A DNA stretch of 64,000 bases from Alphaproteobacteria bacterium (GTDB lineage Bacteria > Pseudomonadota > Alphaproteobacteria > UBA9219). This document shows, piece after piece, positions 35,477 to 45,952 of the stretch; positions within the stretch are counted from its first letter, which is position 1; each line of letters begins with the position of its first letter. The DNA is taken from positions 8,581 to 72,580 of the forward strand of contig JABDAH010000002.1 in NCBI GenBank assembly GCA_013289265.1, read 5' to 3'. Under the pieces are notes generated by a model. The model worked only from the letters and a program-made list of their open reading frames with translations, had not been told where the DNA came from and made no database searches. The translations under genes and the position numbers were made by a program.

Positions 35477-36451
35477 ATGCCAACGCCACTACGCATTGGT
35501 GTTATCGGTACCGGTGGTATAGCAGAGCACTCTCTTGTTCCTGCGCTTAAAACTCTGCCACAAGCGCAGTTATGGAGTGTCCTTAGTCGCGATAAAAATC
35601 GCGCTACGGCATTTGCAAAACAACATGCGGCGGCAGCACCTCAACCAGCGCACGATAATCTGGATGAATTCTTGACCGATCCGCAGCTACAGGCCGTCAT
35701 TATCGCCAGTCCTGACAAATTGCACGCCGAGCAGGTCATTGCCTGTGCCAAAGCGGGCAAACATGTGCTGGTCGAAAAGCCTTTCGTGACAAACATAGAG
35801 GAAGGCAAATGTGCTATTGAGGCCTGCCGTACCAACGGCGTCAAACTTAGTGTTGCCCTGCATATGCGCTGGCATAGTGGGATGCGCAAATTGCATCAAC
35901 TAGTAACGCAGGAAAAAATTCTCGGCCCCATTCGCCATATCCGAGCGCAATGGACATGGCGCGCTGATGATGCTTCAGATTGGCGTGCAGGAGACGAGCT
36001 GGGCCGCTGGTGGCCACTGGCGGGAACGGGACCGCATTGCCTCGACACCATTCGCTGGTTCGCGGATTTCAGAAATAATCCTGTTGTTGATCGCAGCGCG
36101 CTCCTGAGCCGTGAAGTCTGGAAAGGCCCGCATGAAGAAACGGGTATTATTCTGTTGAAATTTGCCAACGGCATTACTGCAGAAGCGATCAGTTCAGTAT
36201 TATTTGCGGCTCCTTCCCGATTTGAGATTTACGGCGCTGATAATTATGCCATCTGTGAAGGCACAATGGCCCGTAGTGGCAGGGGAACTATTTCTATCGG
36301 GGGGAAACCTCTGTTATTTGACCCGGTCAATCCTTATGCCGGTGAAATCGCCAATTTTATCGAGGCTATTCAGCTAGGCCGCAACCCTGAAGTCACGGGC
36401 GAAGACGGGCTTCAAGTGGTTGAAGATTTACTTTACGCAGTCAATTCTTGA
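35477..36451 (+). CDS. Gfo/Idh/MocA-family NAD(P)-dependent oxidoreductase
   Basis: N-terminal Rossmann motif (RIGVIGTGGIAEH..) and KHVLVEKP motif. ATG at 35477; the track uses a TTG at 35474. Confidence 0.8.
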   Translation: MPTPLRIGVIGTGGIAEHSLVPALKTLPQAQLWSVLSRDKNRATAFAKQHAAAAPQPAHDNLDEFLTDPQLQAVIIASPDKLHAEQVIACAKAGKHVLVEKPFVTNIEEGKCAIEACRTNGVKLSVALHMRWHSGMRKLHQLVTQEKILGPIRHIRAQWTWRADDASDWRAGDELGRWWPLAGTGPHCLDTIRWFADFRNNPVVDRSALLSREVWKGPHEETGIILLKFANGITAEAISSVLFAAPSRFEIYGADNYAICEGTMARSGRGTISIGGKPLLFDPVNPYAGEIANFIEAIQLGRNPEVTGEDGLQVVEDLLYAVNS

Positions 36452-36583
36452 CGCAATTATTACTTATAGAAAGCATTTACAATCTAACCAATTGAATTTT
36501 AAGCACAAAATATAGCTTTGTTTAAAGGCAAGACGTTGTAAAATTACTTCATTCAAATAAGCTGTTTTACAAGGAAATATAAA

Positions 36584-37648
36584 GTGGCAATTGAAATTAT
36601 AAAAATTGGCGGCTCCGTATGGGGCGAGCGTAAGAACGGCGGAACGCCAGACAGCGTAGAACTAATTGCATCAAAAATTAAGAGAATTGATCCAAATAAA
36701 AAAGTTGTTCTTGTTGTCTCTGCATTCAAGGGAGTCACGGATAATCTTATCAAAGAAGCAACTTCAACATTGTTGACGGGATGTGATCCAGTCACCGCAC
36801 GCCATGCGCGATCTGCGTATATCGCTCAAGGTGAAACAGAAGCAGCGAACCTTATAGCCTTAGCTTTAGGCACTCGCTCGTTCCAAGGCATACAAGTACC
36901 TTTCTGTACCGATGATACAGATCATCCACATATTGACCTCGAAGCCAGTGGCGAAGGATTATTAGGCTGGTTACGCAACAATAAAACAGCAGTAGTTGCT
37001 GGGTTTCAAGGCGTAAACAGAGACACCCAAATTATTACGACATTTGCCCGGGGCGGTACTGATCTCAGCGCTATTGCCACCGCCATCATCCTCAAAGACA
37101 GATTCGCCGAAGCAGGCGAAGAAGTTGTGTGCCGGATTATCCGAGACAATGGCGGCGTCCGCACGGCTGATCCAAAATTAGTTGAAGATGCGCAAATACA
37201 TTCGACACTCTCATATGACGAATTATACGCTATTTCTGTTGCTGGCGGCGGACAACAGCTGATGCAAACCGAAGCGATGGCTCTGGCAAAAGCGCATAAC
37301 GTCGTTTTGTCCGTCGGACGCTTCGATGATGAGGATCAAAAAGAGACTCGCGTAACAAGTGGGCAAGCAAAGGGTAAAGGCATTATTGCCGTCGCCTGCA
37401 ACAGCACGGGCGATGCTCGAAACTTTGTAGATATTTCGGTTGTCGGCTGGCATTTAAACGAAGCGACAAAAGGTTCAATGCGCCAAACACTTCAACAAGC
37501 CGGAGTAGAATTCACAAAAATTGGGACGGATGAAATTGAAGGTGTGGACCCCGCCATTAGCGCCATCAGCGCATCTGTACCCAATACCCCCGAGACAGTC
37601 CAAACAGCAGTCAGAGCTTTGCACGAAGGCTTTAGACTGGCTGCGTAA
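36584..37648 (+). CDS. Amino-acid-kinase-family protein, aspartokinase-like paralogue
   Basis: IIKIGGSVWG, VVSAFKGVTDNL, ARGGTDLSAIATA. 354 aa, shorter than lysC. GTG start follows AGGA. The 5' part is AT-rich. Confidence 0.65.
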   Translation: MAIEIIKIGGSVWGERKNGGTPDSVELIASKIKRIDPNKKVVLVVSAFKGVTDNLIKEATSTLLTGCDPVTARHARSAYIAQGETEAANLIALALGTRSFQGIQVPFCTDDTDHPHIDLEASGEGLLGWLRNNKTAVVAGFQGVNRDTQIITTFARGGTDLSAIATAIILKDRFAEAGEEVVCRIIRDNGGVRTADPKLVEDAQIHSTLSYDELYAISVAGGGQQLMQTEAMALAKAHNVVLSVGRFDDEDQKETRVTSGQAKGKGIIAVACNSTGDARNFVDISVVGWHLNEATKGSMRQTLQQAGVEFTKIGTDEIEGVDPAISAISASVPNTPETVQTAVRALHEGFRLAA

Positions 37649-37714
37649 TATTTGGATGGTTTTGCGTTCAACTAACACCTTGAATGCTTTCTGTTTCAAT
37701 GGCACATCTTTTCC

Positions 37715-38734
37715 ATGATCAAACCCACCCCCTCCCTCCAATCCCTGTGGCAACGCGGTTGTGATTTTCTAGGCTCTCCCCTCGCCATTATGGGCGGTGC
37801 GATGACATGGGTGTCGGAGCGCAATCTGGTCGCCGCGATTTCCAATGGCGGCGGCTTCGGCACGATTGCCTGCGGGGCGATGACGCCCGATATTTTGCGG
37901 AAAGAAATTCAAGGCACCAAAACCCTGACGCAAAAACCATTTGGCGTGAACCTTATTACCATGCATCCGCAACTGGATGCGTTGATTGATGTCTGCCTTG
38001 AGGAAAAAGTGGGACACATCGTTCTGGCGGGCGGCCTGCCGCCTGCGCCCGCGGTCAAGAAAGTCAAAGACAGCGGCGCGAAACTGATGTGCTTTACCCC
38101 CACCGCAGCGCTCGGCAAAAAACTGGTGCGCATGGGCGCAGATGCCCTCATCATCGAAGGCATGGAAGCAGGTGGTCATATCGGCCCCGTCAGCACATCC
38201 GTACTGGCGCAGGAAATCCTGCCGGAAATTCGCGATGTGCCCGTATTTGTCGCTGGCGGTATTGGTCGCGGTGAAGCGATTGTCTCCTATCTTGAAATGG
38301 GGGCAAGCGGCGTTCAGCTCGGTACGCGTTTTGTTTGCGCCACCGAATGCGTCGCGCATCCGAAATTCAAGCAGGCTTTCATGCGGGCATCTGCGCGTGA
38401 CGCCATGCCTTCAGTGCAGCTTGACCCCCGCTTTCCGGTTATCCCCGTCCGCGCCATTGCCAATGAAGGTGGCAAGAAATTCATGGAAAAACAGCGCGAA
38501 GTCATCACGCGTTTTGATGCCGGTGAATTCACCAAGGAACAGGCGCAGCTGGAGATCGAACATTTCTGGGCGGGCGCCCTGCGTCGCGCCGTGGTCGAAG
38601 GCGATGTTGAGACTGGTTCCGTTATGGCCGGGCAGAGCGTCGGCATGGTCAAGCTGGAACAACCCACCTCCGAAATTCTGGCCGAGCTGGTCCAGCAGGC
38701 GGAGAATGCGCTGTCGCAACGTTCAAAAGGCTAG
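37715..38734 (+). CDS. Nitronate monooxygenase / FabK-like FMN-dependent oxidoreductase
   Basis: ISNGGGFGTIACG and IIEGMEAGGHIG motifs, TIM-barrel NMO family length (339 aa). Confidence 0.8.
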   Translation: MIKPTPSLQSLWQRGCDFLGSPLAIMGGAMTWVSERNLVAAISNGGGFGTIACGAMTPDILRKEIQGTKTLTQKPFGVNLITMHPQLDALIDVCLEEKVGHIVLAGGLPPAPAVKKVKDSGAKLMCFTPTAALGKKLVRMGADALIIEGMEAGGHIGPVSTSVLAQEILPEIRDVPVFVAGGIGRGEAIVSYLEMGASGVQLGTRFVCATECVAHPKFKQAFMRASARDAMPSVQLDPRFPVIPVRAIANEGGKKFMEKQREVITRFDAGEFTKEQAQLEIEHFWAGALRRAVVEGDVETGSVMAGQSVGMVKLEQPTSEILAELVQQAENALSQRSKG

Positions 38735-38795
38735 TGGTCGGGGATTAGTGGTCAGAGAATTAAGTTTTAATCTCTAATCACTAACCTCCGACCAC
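38734..38795. repeat. Long imperfect palindrome (25-nt arms, 12-nt loop) immediately after the stop codon; possible terminator
   Basis: gtggtcggggattagtggtcagaga (38734-38758) matches the reverse complement of tctctaatcactaacctccgaccac (38771-38795). Only a short T-run follows. Confidence 0.6.
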
Positions 38796-38844
38796 TTTCC
38801 AGGCCCTCATTGCTTTTAACCCCAAAATTTCCTAGGGTTCCGGC

Positions 38845-39987
38845 ATGACAACGAACCGACGCCCCACCTCTTCACGCAACCGCGCCGAGCCCCGCAAGGC
38901 CGAAGAACCTACATCCATCACCGTGCCCTTGCCCGGCGCCGCACCCATTATGGATGAGCCCAAAATTGCCCTGGAGCGCATTGGCGCCGTCCTGCGACGC
39001 ATGCGCGAACAGCGCGGCGACGACTTGAATTACATCGCCGAATATCTCTGCATCCGTCCTAATTTTTTGGTCGCGCTGGAAAACAGCCATTACGACAAAT
39101 TGCCTGCCGATGCTTATGTCATCGGCTTCTTGCGTTCCTACGCCAATTATCTGGGTCTTGATGGCAAAGAGGCTATCGACCGCTACCGCAATGAAATGGC
39201 GGGACGTCGCCGCAAGCCATCCCTGGTTTTGCCGACACCTATTACCGAAGGCCGCACGCCTTCAGCCATTATCATGATTGGTGCCGCTATTGCCGCTATC
39301 CTGATTTATGCTTTGTGGTACGGGTTGTCTTCGGGTGACCGCACTGTTGTTTCAACGCCACCAGCTTTGCCTTCAACGACTGTTCCCGAAAGCAACAATA
39401 CGCTGGCGCCAACGGCGCAACCTGTCGCAAGTGTTGAGCAACCAGCCGCACCTGTAGCAACAAATCCGGAACCGGTTACACCAGCTTCCTCTGTGCCATC
39501 TTCAATGCTTTCAACAAACGCCGTTGCACTGGCGCCGCCGCCATCAGATTCCGGCATCATGCTGTCCGGCAAAGCGCCTGCGATGGGTATGGCGCCCGCT
39601 GCATCATCGACGCCAGCAGTTGCGCCTGCCAAATCAGACGCGCCTAAAGCGGATCAGCAGCCAGTCCCCACCGCACCAACAGGCCAGGTCTTCGGCAACA
39701 CCGTTAAAGACTCGCACGTTACGATCCGCGCCTTGCAATCAAGTTGGGTACTGGTAACCGACAGCCGCGGCCAGACAGTTTTTGATCACGTCATGAAAGC
39801 AGGCGATACCTACAAGGTGCCAAGCACACCGGGTCTTAGCCTGACTACCGGTAATGGCAGCGGCATTATGTTAAGCCTCGACGGGTCGGATTTGCCGAAA
39901 CTGGCAACGGGTGCGTCACATGTTATGCGTAATGTCCCGCTGGATAGCGAGCATTTGCGGAATCTCCCTACGCTATCAGACGAATAA
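38845..39987 (+). CDS. RodZ-like cytoskeleton protein (HTH, TM, Pro/Ala-rich linker, DUF4115)
   Basis: HTH region (IGAVLRRMREQRGDDLNYIAEYLCIRPNFLVALE..YVIGFLRSYANYLGLD), TM, low-complexity linker, and C-terminal VTIRALQSSWVLVTDSRGQTVFDHVMKAGDTYKVP. Confidence 0.8.
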   Translation: MTTNRRPTSSRNRAEPRKAEEPTSITVPLPGAAPIMDEPKIALERIGAVLRRMREQRGDDLNYIAEYLCIRPNFLVALENSHYDKLPADAYVIGFLRSYANYLGLDGKEAIDRYRNEMAGRRRKPSLVLPTPITEGRTPSAIIMIGAAIAAILIYALWYGLSSGDRTVVSTPPALPSTTVPESNNTLAPTAQPVASVEQPAAPVATNPEPVTPASSVPSSMLSTNAVALAPPPSDSGIMLSGKAPAMGMAPAASSTPAVAPAKSDAPKADQQPVPTAPTGQVFGNTVKDSHVTIRALQSSWVLVTDSRGQTVFDHVMKAGDTYKVPSTPGLSLTTGNGSGIMLSLDGSDLPKLATGASHVMRNVPLDSEHLRNLPTLSDE

Positions 39988-40109
39988 AGCCTTTTTTATC
40001 AGTGCGTTATGCACCATACCGAGAGGTCTTGGCGTAGGCAGCAGAATGCGGCTATAAAACATCCATAAACCTATGAGGCTGCTTAGAAAGCGCCGCGGAG
40101 AATTTGTTA

Positions 40110-41255
40110 ATGAGTCACGATTCAGCCCAAGCTTACCGTCCCTGGCGCACGATTGAACGCCGCAAATGCCGCCAGATTAAAGTAGGCAATGTTCTGGTTG
40201 GTGGCGACGCACCGATTGCGGTGCAGTCCATGACCAATACGCTGACATCAGACGCCAAAGCGACAATTGAGCAAATTCGCGGCCTGGAAGAGGCGGGTGC
40301 CGATATCGTCCGTGTTTCCTGCCCGGACGAAGAATCAACAGCGGCCTTAAAAGAAATCGTACAGGCGGTTAAAGTGCCGATCGTCGCCGACATCCATTTC
40401 CATTACAAACGTGGCATCGAAGCGGCCAAAGCTGGCGCCGCGTGTCTGCGCATTAATCCCGGCAATATCGGATCGCCTGAGCGTGTGCGCGAAGTTGTGC
40501 AGGCCGCTAAAGATCACGGTTGCGCCATGCGTATCGGCGTCAATGCCGGATCGCTGGAACAGGAACTTTTGGAAAAATACGGCGAGCCCTGCCCCGATGC
40601 AATGGTCGAAAGCGCGCTTGGTCATGCCAAAATTCTTGAAGATCATGATTTCTTCAATTTCAAAATCAGCGTCAAAGCATCGGATGTTTTTCTGTCCGTA
40701 GCCGCCTATCAGGCTCTCGCCACAGCATGCGATTATCCTTTGCATATCGGCATTACTGAGGCCGGCGGTTTGCGCTCCGGCACGATTAAAAGCTCCATTG
40801 GCCTCGGCATGCTTATGTGGTCCGGTATCGGCGATACCGTTCGCGTATCGCTGTCGGCGGAACCGGTTGAAGAAATCAAGGTCGGCTACGAAATGCTGAA
40901 GTCCCTCGGCCTACGCCGTCGCGGTGTGACTATTATTTCATGCCCTTCATGCGCACGTCAGAACTTCAACGTCATCAAGACTGTCGAGGTTCTGGAAGAA
41001 CGTCTGGCACACATCACCACCCCGCTTTCCGTTTCCGTGATCGGCTGTGTCGTCAATGGTCCCGGCGAAGCGATGATGACCGATATCGGTTTTGCTGGCG
41101 GCGGCAAGGATACGCACCAGGTTTATATCAAGGGCCAGACCGATCATCGCCTGAAAAACGAAGATATCGTTTCGCATCTGGTTGGCCTTGTTGAAAAACG
41201 CGCCGCTGAAATCGAAGCCGAAAAAGCCCAAGAAATGGGCCAGGCTGCAGAATAA
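40110..41255 (+). CDS. ispG: 4-hydroxy-3-methylbut-2-en-1-yl diphosphate synthase
   Basis: [22 protein letters not shown].., [27 protein letters not shown] at 40110 lies 9 nt after GGAG. Confidence 0.95.
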   Translation: MSHDSAQAYRPWRTIERRKCRQIKVGNVLVGGDAPIAVQSMTNTLTSDAKATIEQIRGLEEAGADIVRVSCPDEESTAALKEIVQAVKVPIVADIHFHYKRGIEAAKAGAACLRINPGNIGSPERVREVVQAAKDHGCAMRIGVNAGSLEQELLEKYGEPCPDAMVESALGHAKILEDHDFFNFKISVKASDVFLSVAAYQALATACDYPLHIGITEAGGLRSGTIKSSIGLGMLMWSGIGDTVRVSLSAEPVEEIKVGYEMLKSLGLRRRGVTIISCPSCARQNFNVIKTVEVLEERLAHITTPLSVSVIGCVVNGPGEAMMTDIGFAGGGKDTHQVYIKGQTDHRLKNEDIVSHLVGLVEKRAAEIEAEKAQEMGQAAE

Positions 41256-41264
41256 GCTTTATAA

Positions 41265-42332
41265 ATGTCCCTTACCGAAACACTCGCTCGCGTTCTGGCG
41301 CGCCATGATGAATTGCGCGACGCATTGTCGCAACCCGGCCATGCAGCTGAACAATTTACCAAGCTATCCAAGGAATATTCAGACCTCACCCCTGTCGCGG
41401 ATGCCATTACTGAGTTAACGCAGGCGCAACGTGAACTTGGTGACGCGCAAAGCATGCTGGCCGATCCGGAAATGAAGGATGAGGCTAAACGCGAGATAGA
41501 GAAGCTGCAGCAAAAAATTCCCGCGCTTGAAAAGCAGGTGCAACGCATGTTGCTGCCAAAGGACGTAGCGGACGAACGCAACGCCATTCTGGAAATACGC
41601 GCCGGCACCGGCGGCGATGAAGCTGGCCTCTTTGCGGCGCTGTTGTTCGATATGTACCGTAAATATGCTGTCATTCGCGGCTGGCGGTTCGAGGTGATTG
41701 AAGTCTCGGAGAACGACCTCGGCGGCCTTCGTGAAGGAACCGCCAGCATCAGCGGCAAAGGCGTTTTCGCGCGGCTGAAATACGAATCCGGTGTCCACCG
41801 CGTACAACGCGTGCCGCAGACTGAAGCCTCGGGCCGTGTTCATACCTCGACGGCGACGGTGGCAGTTCTGCCTGAGATGGAAGAAGTTGATATCAAAATC
41901 GATGATAAAGACCTGCGCATCGATGTGTATCGCGCGAGTGGTGCCGGTGGCCAGCATGTCAATAAAACCGAAAGCGCAGTGCGTATCACGCATATTCCGA
42001 CGAACACTGTCGTTGCTATGCAGGATGAGCGCTCGCAACATAAAAATAAAGCCAAGGCGATGAAGATTTTGCGCGCCAAAATCTACGAGCAACAAAGCAA
42101 TGCGATATCTGCCGCCCACGCCGCTGAGCGTAAAAGCCAGGTTGGCACCGGCGACCGATCGGAACGCATCAGGACATATAACTTCCCGCAGGGCCGCGTC
42201 AGCGATCACCGCATTGAAATGACGCTTTATAATATCGACGATGTCATTAACGGAACTGAGCTTGATAAATTTATCGATGAACTCATAACGCGGCACGAGG
42301 CTGAAAAACTTGCCGAACTCATCCAGCAATAA
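41265..42332 (+). CDS. prfA: Peptide chain release factor 1
   Basis: Methylation motif in [19 protein letters not shown], and the PQT variant of the RF1-type PxT tripeptide in [17 protein letters not shown]. Confidence 0.97.
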   Translation: MSLTETLARVLARHDELRDALSQPGHAAEQFTKLSKEYSDLTPVADAITELTQAQRELGDAQSMLADPEMKDEAKREIEKLQQKIPALEKQVQRMLLPKDVADERNAILEIRAGTGGDEAGLFAALLFDMYRKYAVIRGWRFEVIEVSENDLGGLREGTASISGKGVFARLKYESGVHRVQRVPQTEASGRVHTSTATVAVLPEMEEVDIKIDDKDLRIDVYRASGAGGQHVNKTESAVRITHIPTNTVVAMQDERSQHKNKAKAMKILRAKIYEQQSNAISAAHAAERKSQVGTGDRSERIRTYNFPQGRVSDHRIEMTLYNIDDVINGTELDKFIDELITRHEAEKLAELIQQ

Positions 42333-43191
42333 TCCTGTTATTCCTATCCGGTTGGCGGATTTTATTACAAACGCCATCGACCGGCTTATGCTTGCCAATA
42401 TTGAAACGCCCGACCTTGATGCGCGTATCCTTATTGCCTACGGCCTCCGCCTCGACCGGGCGCAATTACTAAGCCACCGCGACCAGATCCTGACCGAACA
42501 GCAATTAAGGCTATTATCCGTCCTGATTGAATGCCGTGCTAGGCGCGAGCCTATCGCGCGTATTATGCGTCAACGCGAATTCTGGAGCCTTTCTTTTAAT
42601 CTTAATGAAGCGACACTGGAACCGCGCCCCGACAGCGAAACATTAATTGAAGTCGCACTGAAACAAATTCAGGATCGCCGCAACCTTTTGCATATCCTCG
42701 ATATCGGAACCGGCACCGGTTGCCTGCTACTTTCCCTCCTCCATGAACTACCTCATGCGACTGGGCTGGGCGTTGATATCGCAGAACGCGCTATTGAACA
42801 GGCGCAAGAAAACGCGCAGATTCTCAAACTGCTTCCCCGCGCCACTTTTAAAACCAACAACTGGGTGGTGGGCATCCAGGATAGTTTCGATATTATTATT
42901 TCCAACCCTCCCTACATCGCGCATGACGTGATTCCGACATTGCAACCTGAAGTGCGCGATTATGATCCGACTTTGGCCCTCAATGGCGGCAAGGACGGGC
43001 TGAATGCCTACCGGCATACTATTCCCCACTTACCCAAACTACTGAAGCCTCAGGGCTTTGTGATTATGGAAATCGGCTACGATCAGGCTAGAGCCGTAAC
43101 GGCCCTGTTCAAAATCTCCGGCTTTAAGAAAATATCGGCACATAAAGATTTGGGCGGAAATGACCGCTGCTTACTGGCGTCGATTGATTAA
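42310..43191 (+). CDS. prmC: Release-factor glutamine methyltransferase PrmC/HemK (start uncertain: TTG at 42310 or 42352)
   Basis: [14 protein letters not shown] motif and IISNPPY catalytic motif. Located immediately after prfA. Confidence 0.9.
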   Translation: MPNSSSNNPVIPIRLADFITNAIDRLMLANIETPDLDARILIAYGLRLDRAQLLSHRDQILTEQQLRLLSVLIECRARREPIARIMRQREFWSLSFNLNEATLEPRPDSETLIEVALKQIQDRRNLLHILDIGTGTGCLLLSLLHELPHATGLGVDIAERAIEQAQENAQILKLLPRATFKTNNWVVGIQDSFDIIISNPPYIAHDVIPTLQPEVRDYDPTLALNGGKDGLNAYRHTIPHLPKLLKPQGFVIMEIGYDQARAVTALFKISGFKKISAHKDLGGNDRCLLASID

Positions 43192-43218
43192 CAGCGCCCT
43201 ATCATCTAGTTTCAAAGC

Positions 43219-43872
43219 ATGACTGCTCTCACCCAAAACTTCCCTCGTATCGGTCGCCCGGACCAGCAAGATATATTATCGATCATTAAACAGATGAATT
43301 TGGCTGGTACTTTTGTCGAAATCGGTACCTTTGGCGGCCATTTCGCATTTGACATGATGGCGGCCTGCAATCCACAAAAACTTTACTGCGTCGATCCTTA
43401 CGCTACCTATGACAATTTCAAAGACGCCCTGAATTCAGAACCTCTGGAAGACGTTTACAACGAAGCTAAACAAAGGCTTTTACCCTTTGGTGATAAAGTT
43501 GAGTTCCTGCGAATGTATTCCGAAGAAGCAGCTTCGCGCTTTGCCGACGAATCTCTCGACTTTGTTTATATCGACGGCAATCACCGTTATGCCTATGCTT
43601 TGAAAGATTTTGAATGCTGGTTTCCGAAACTACGCAATGGCGGATTGCTGTGTGGTGATGACGCAACTGACGGCGAAGATGACAGCCAGCGCAATGAAGA
43701 AGGCGATGTTGTCCGTGTCTGGACAAGAAACGCGGCGGGCGAACCCCAAAGCTGGGGCCATTATGGTGTCTTGAAAGCTGCAAGAGAATTTACCCAAAAG
43801 CGTGGGCTGCAGCTTTATCAGGTCGGAACACAATGCGTTATTTTTAAAGGCCGCGATCTTGTGATTGCTTGA
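43219..43872 (+). CDS. Class I SAM-dependent methyltransferase (Methyltransf_24/CmcI-like)
   Basis: FVEIGTFGGHFAF and LDFVYIDGNHRYAYALKDFECWFPKLRNGGLLCGDD. Confidence 0.6.
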   Translation: MTALTQNFPRIGRPDQQDILSIIKQMNLAGTFVEIGTFGGHFAFDMMAACNPQKLYCVDPYATYDNFKDALNSEPLEDVYNEAKQRLLPFGDKVEFLRMYSEEAASRFADESLDFVYIDGNHRYAYALKDFECWFPKLRNGGLLCGDDATDGEDDSQRNEEGDVVRVWTRNAAGEPQSWGHYGVLKAAREFTQKRGLQLYQVGTQCVIFKGRDLVIA

Positions 43873-45540
43873 CTACATCCCCTGATAGTTAGGGCCACCA
43901 CCACCTTCGGGCACGCACCAGTCGATATTCTGCGTTGGGTCCTTGATGTCACAGCTTTTGCAGTGAACGCAGTTCTGCGCATTGATCACCAGCTTGGGAT
44001 TTTTGCCTGCGGCATCGCGCATGATTTCGTAAACACCCGCCGGGCAATAACGGCCTTCCGGGAAATCGTACAGTGTCAGATTGATATCGATTGCTACGGC
44101 CGGATCACGCAGTTTTAAATGCGGCGGCTGGTCTTCTTCATGATTGGTGTTTGAGAGAAACACCGATGACAGCCGGTCGAAACTGATAATGCCGTCCGGT
44201 TTCGGGTAGTCGATCTTAACGCAATCCTTGGCCATATGCGTTTGCAGATGATCGGCATGGTTGGCGAAAGTCCACGGCGCTTTGCCGCGCAGTAAAACTG
44301 TATCAATCGCACTGTAAATCATGCCACCAATCAAACCGGCACGGAAAGAAGGCCGGACATTGCGCACTTTGTAAAGTTCATCCCACAGCCATGATGCTTC
44401 CAATCGGCTGCGGTAATCTGTTGCTTCCGGCGTAGTATTATTTTTTGTCAGATGATCAAATAATGCTTCCGCCGCGACCATCCCCGACTTCATCGCTGTA
44501 TGATTACCCTTGATCTTGGGCACATTGAGGAAACCGGCAGCGTCGCCGACCAATAACCCTCCCGGGAATGTCAGACGTGGAATGGACTGAAAACCGCCCT
44601 CGCTAAGCGCACGCGCGCCGTAAGAAATGCGCTTGCCGCCTTCCAGCAAATTGCGGATCAGCGGATGCTGCTTGAAACGCTGGAATTCCTCGAACGGTGA
44701 CAGATAGGGATTCTGGTAATCAAGAGCAACGACAAAACCGATCGACACCAGATTGTTTTCCCAGTGATAAAGCCATGAGCCACCATATGTCATTTGGTCC
44801 ATTGGCCAGCCGATTGTATGCAGGGTCAGGCCAGTTTTATGCTTGCCCGGATCGATTTCCCAGATTTCCTTGATACCCAAGGCATAAGTCTGCGGATCAA
44901 CGCCGTCGCGCAATTTAAAACGCTCGAACAGCATTTTTGTTAGCGAGCCACGGCACCCTTCGGCAAATACTGTTTGCTTGGCTTTTAACTCAACACCGCG
45001 CGTAAAACGTTCCGTCGGTTCGCCGTTCTTGCCGATACCGACATCGCCGGTAGCAACGCCAGTAATCTTGCCGGTTTCGTCGGAGAGAAGTTCTGCAGCG
45101 GCAAAGCCGGGATAAATTTCAACGCCGAGGCTTTCAGCCTGTGTTGCCAGCCATTTAGCAAAATAGCCGAGGCTGATAATGTAGTTACCATGATTATTCA
45201 TCGGCGGTGGGGTCGGTAACCGCCACGCCCGCGTCGATGTTAAGAACATAAAGCGGTCTTCGGTCACTGGCACCTTGAGCGGCGCATCCATTTCCTTCCA
45301 ATTAGGAAACAGCTCGTTCAGGGCGCGAGGCTCCAGCACGGCACCCGACATCAAATGTGCCCCGACTTCGGAGCCTTTATCGATCACGCAGACTGAGATT
45401 TCCTGATTTTTCTCCTGCGCCAATTGTTTCAGGCGAATGGCGCAGCTAAGGCCGGATGGTCCGGCGCCCACGATCAAAACGTCATATTCCATGACGTCAC
45501 GTGGTGCAGAAACAGGCAAAATTTTGATTGAATCGGACAT
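43873..45540 (-). CDS. Electron-transfer flavoprotein:ubiquinone oxidoreductase
   Basis: FAD motif ([13 protein letters not shown]), 4Fe-4S region ([12 protein letters not shown]) and the typical C-terminal ..GGGPNYQGM. Confidence 0.95.
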   Translation of the reverse strand: MSDSIKILPVSAPRDVMEYDVLIVGAGPSGLSCAIRLKQLAQEKNQEISVCVIDKGSEVGAHLMSGAVLEPRALNELFPNWKEMDAPLKVPVTEDRFMFLTSTRAWRLPTPPPMNNHGNYIISLGYFAKWLATQAESLGVEIYPGFAAAELLSDETGKITGVATGDVGIGKNGEPTERFTRGVELKAKQTVFAEGCRGSLTKMLFERFKLRDGVDPQTYALGIKEIWEIDPGKHKTGLTLHTIGWPMDQMTYGGSWLYHWENNLVSIGFVVALDYQNPYLSPFEEFQRFKQHPLIRNLLEGGKRISYGARALSEGGFQSIPRLTFPGGLLVGDAAGFLNVPKIKGNHTAMKSGMVAAEALFDHLTKNNTTPEATDYRSRLEASWLWDELYKVRNVRPSFRAGLIGGMIYSAIDTVLLRGKAPWTFANHADHLQTHMAKDCVKIDYPKPDGIISFDRLSSVFLSNTNHEEDQPPHLKLRDPAVAIDINLTLYDFPEGRYCPAGVYEIMRDAAGKNPKLVINAQNCVHCKSCDIKDPTQNIDWCVPEGGGGPNYQGM

Positions 45541-45606
45541 AAGCTATTCCCCTTCGGTATATAGCTTTGTACCGCTAAGGCCGCCTATGCTGCAAGTTTA
45601 GCTTCT

Positions 45607-45942
45607 TTATTCGGCGATAAGGATGCCTTTGGCCGTATCCGAATGATATTCGCCAATAAAAGGATATTTACCTGCATCCAGCGCGTGCAACCGCACAATG
45701 CCCTTACGCCCGCCAGGAATAACTTTCTCAATATGCATCGATGACGAATCAAATTCCTCGGCCATCGGGTCTTTATTTTCGATATCGAGGATTACGGGCT
45801 TACCGGCAGGTACGTGGATTTCATCAGGTGTGTAGCGGTGATCCTGAATGGTAAGCGCTATATGCGCGGGCTCGTCCGCACGTGCCTGCGCAGAAATCAA
45901 AGCCAGTAGAGCTAAAGCAATCAGCATTCTGGCGTTTAACAT
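45607..45942 (-). CDS. Periplasmic cupredoxin-fold protein (Cupredoxin_1 / EfeO-N / FtrB-like)
   Basis: The ATG at 45942 follows AGGAGG. Signal peptide (MLNARMLIALALLALISAQARA). ..IALTIQDHRYTPDEIHVPAGKPVILDIENKD..GKYPFIGEYH... Confidence 0.7.
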   Translation of the reverse strand: MLNARMLIALALLALISAQARADEPAHIALTIQDHRYTPDEIHVPAGKPVILDIENKDPMAEEFDSSSMHIEKVIPGGRKGIVRLHALDAGKYPFIGEYHSDTAKGILIAE

Positions 45943-45952
45943 CACCCCTCCT

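Noticed and set aside
37769-38777. 196-aa minus-strand ORF (37769-38359) and 211-aa alternative-frame ORF (38142-38777)
   Set aside because: They overlap the NMO/FabK-like gene, whose frame carries the GMEAGGHIG motif. The alternative frames are Arg/Ser/Pro-rich, low-complexity translations.
41415-42398. 327-aa minus-strand ORF, and the 204-aa ORF at 41144-41758
   Set aside because: They are fully antisense to prfA and ispG, which carry unmistakable family motifs. They are shadow ORFs typical of GC-biased coding regions.
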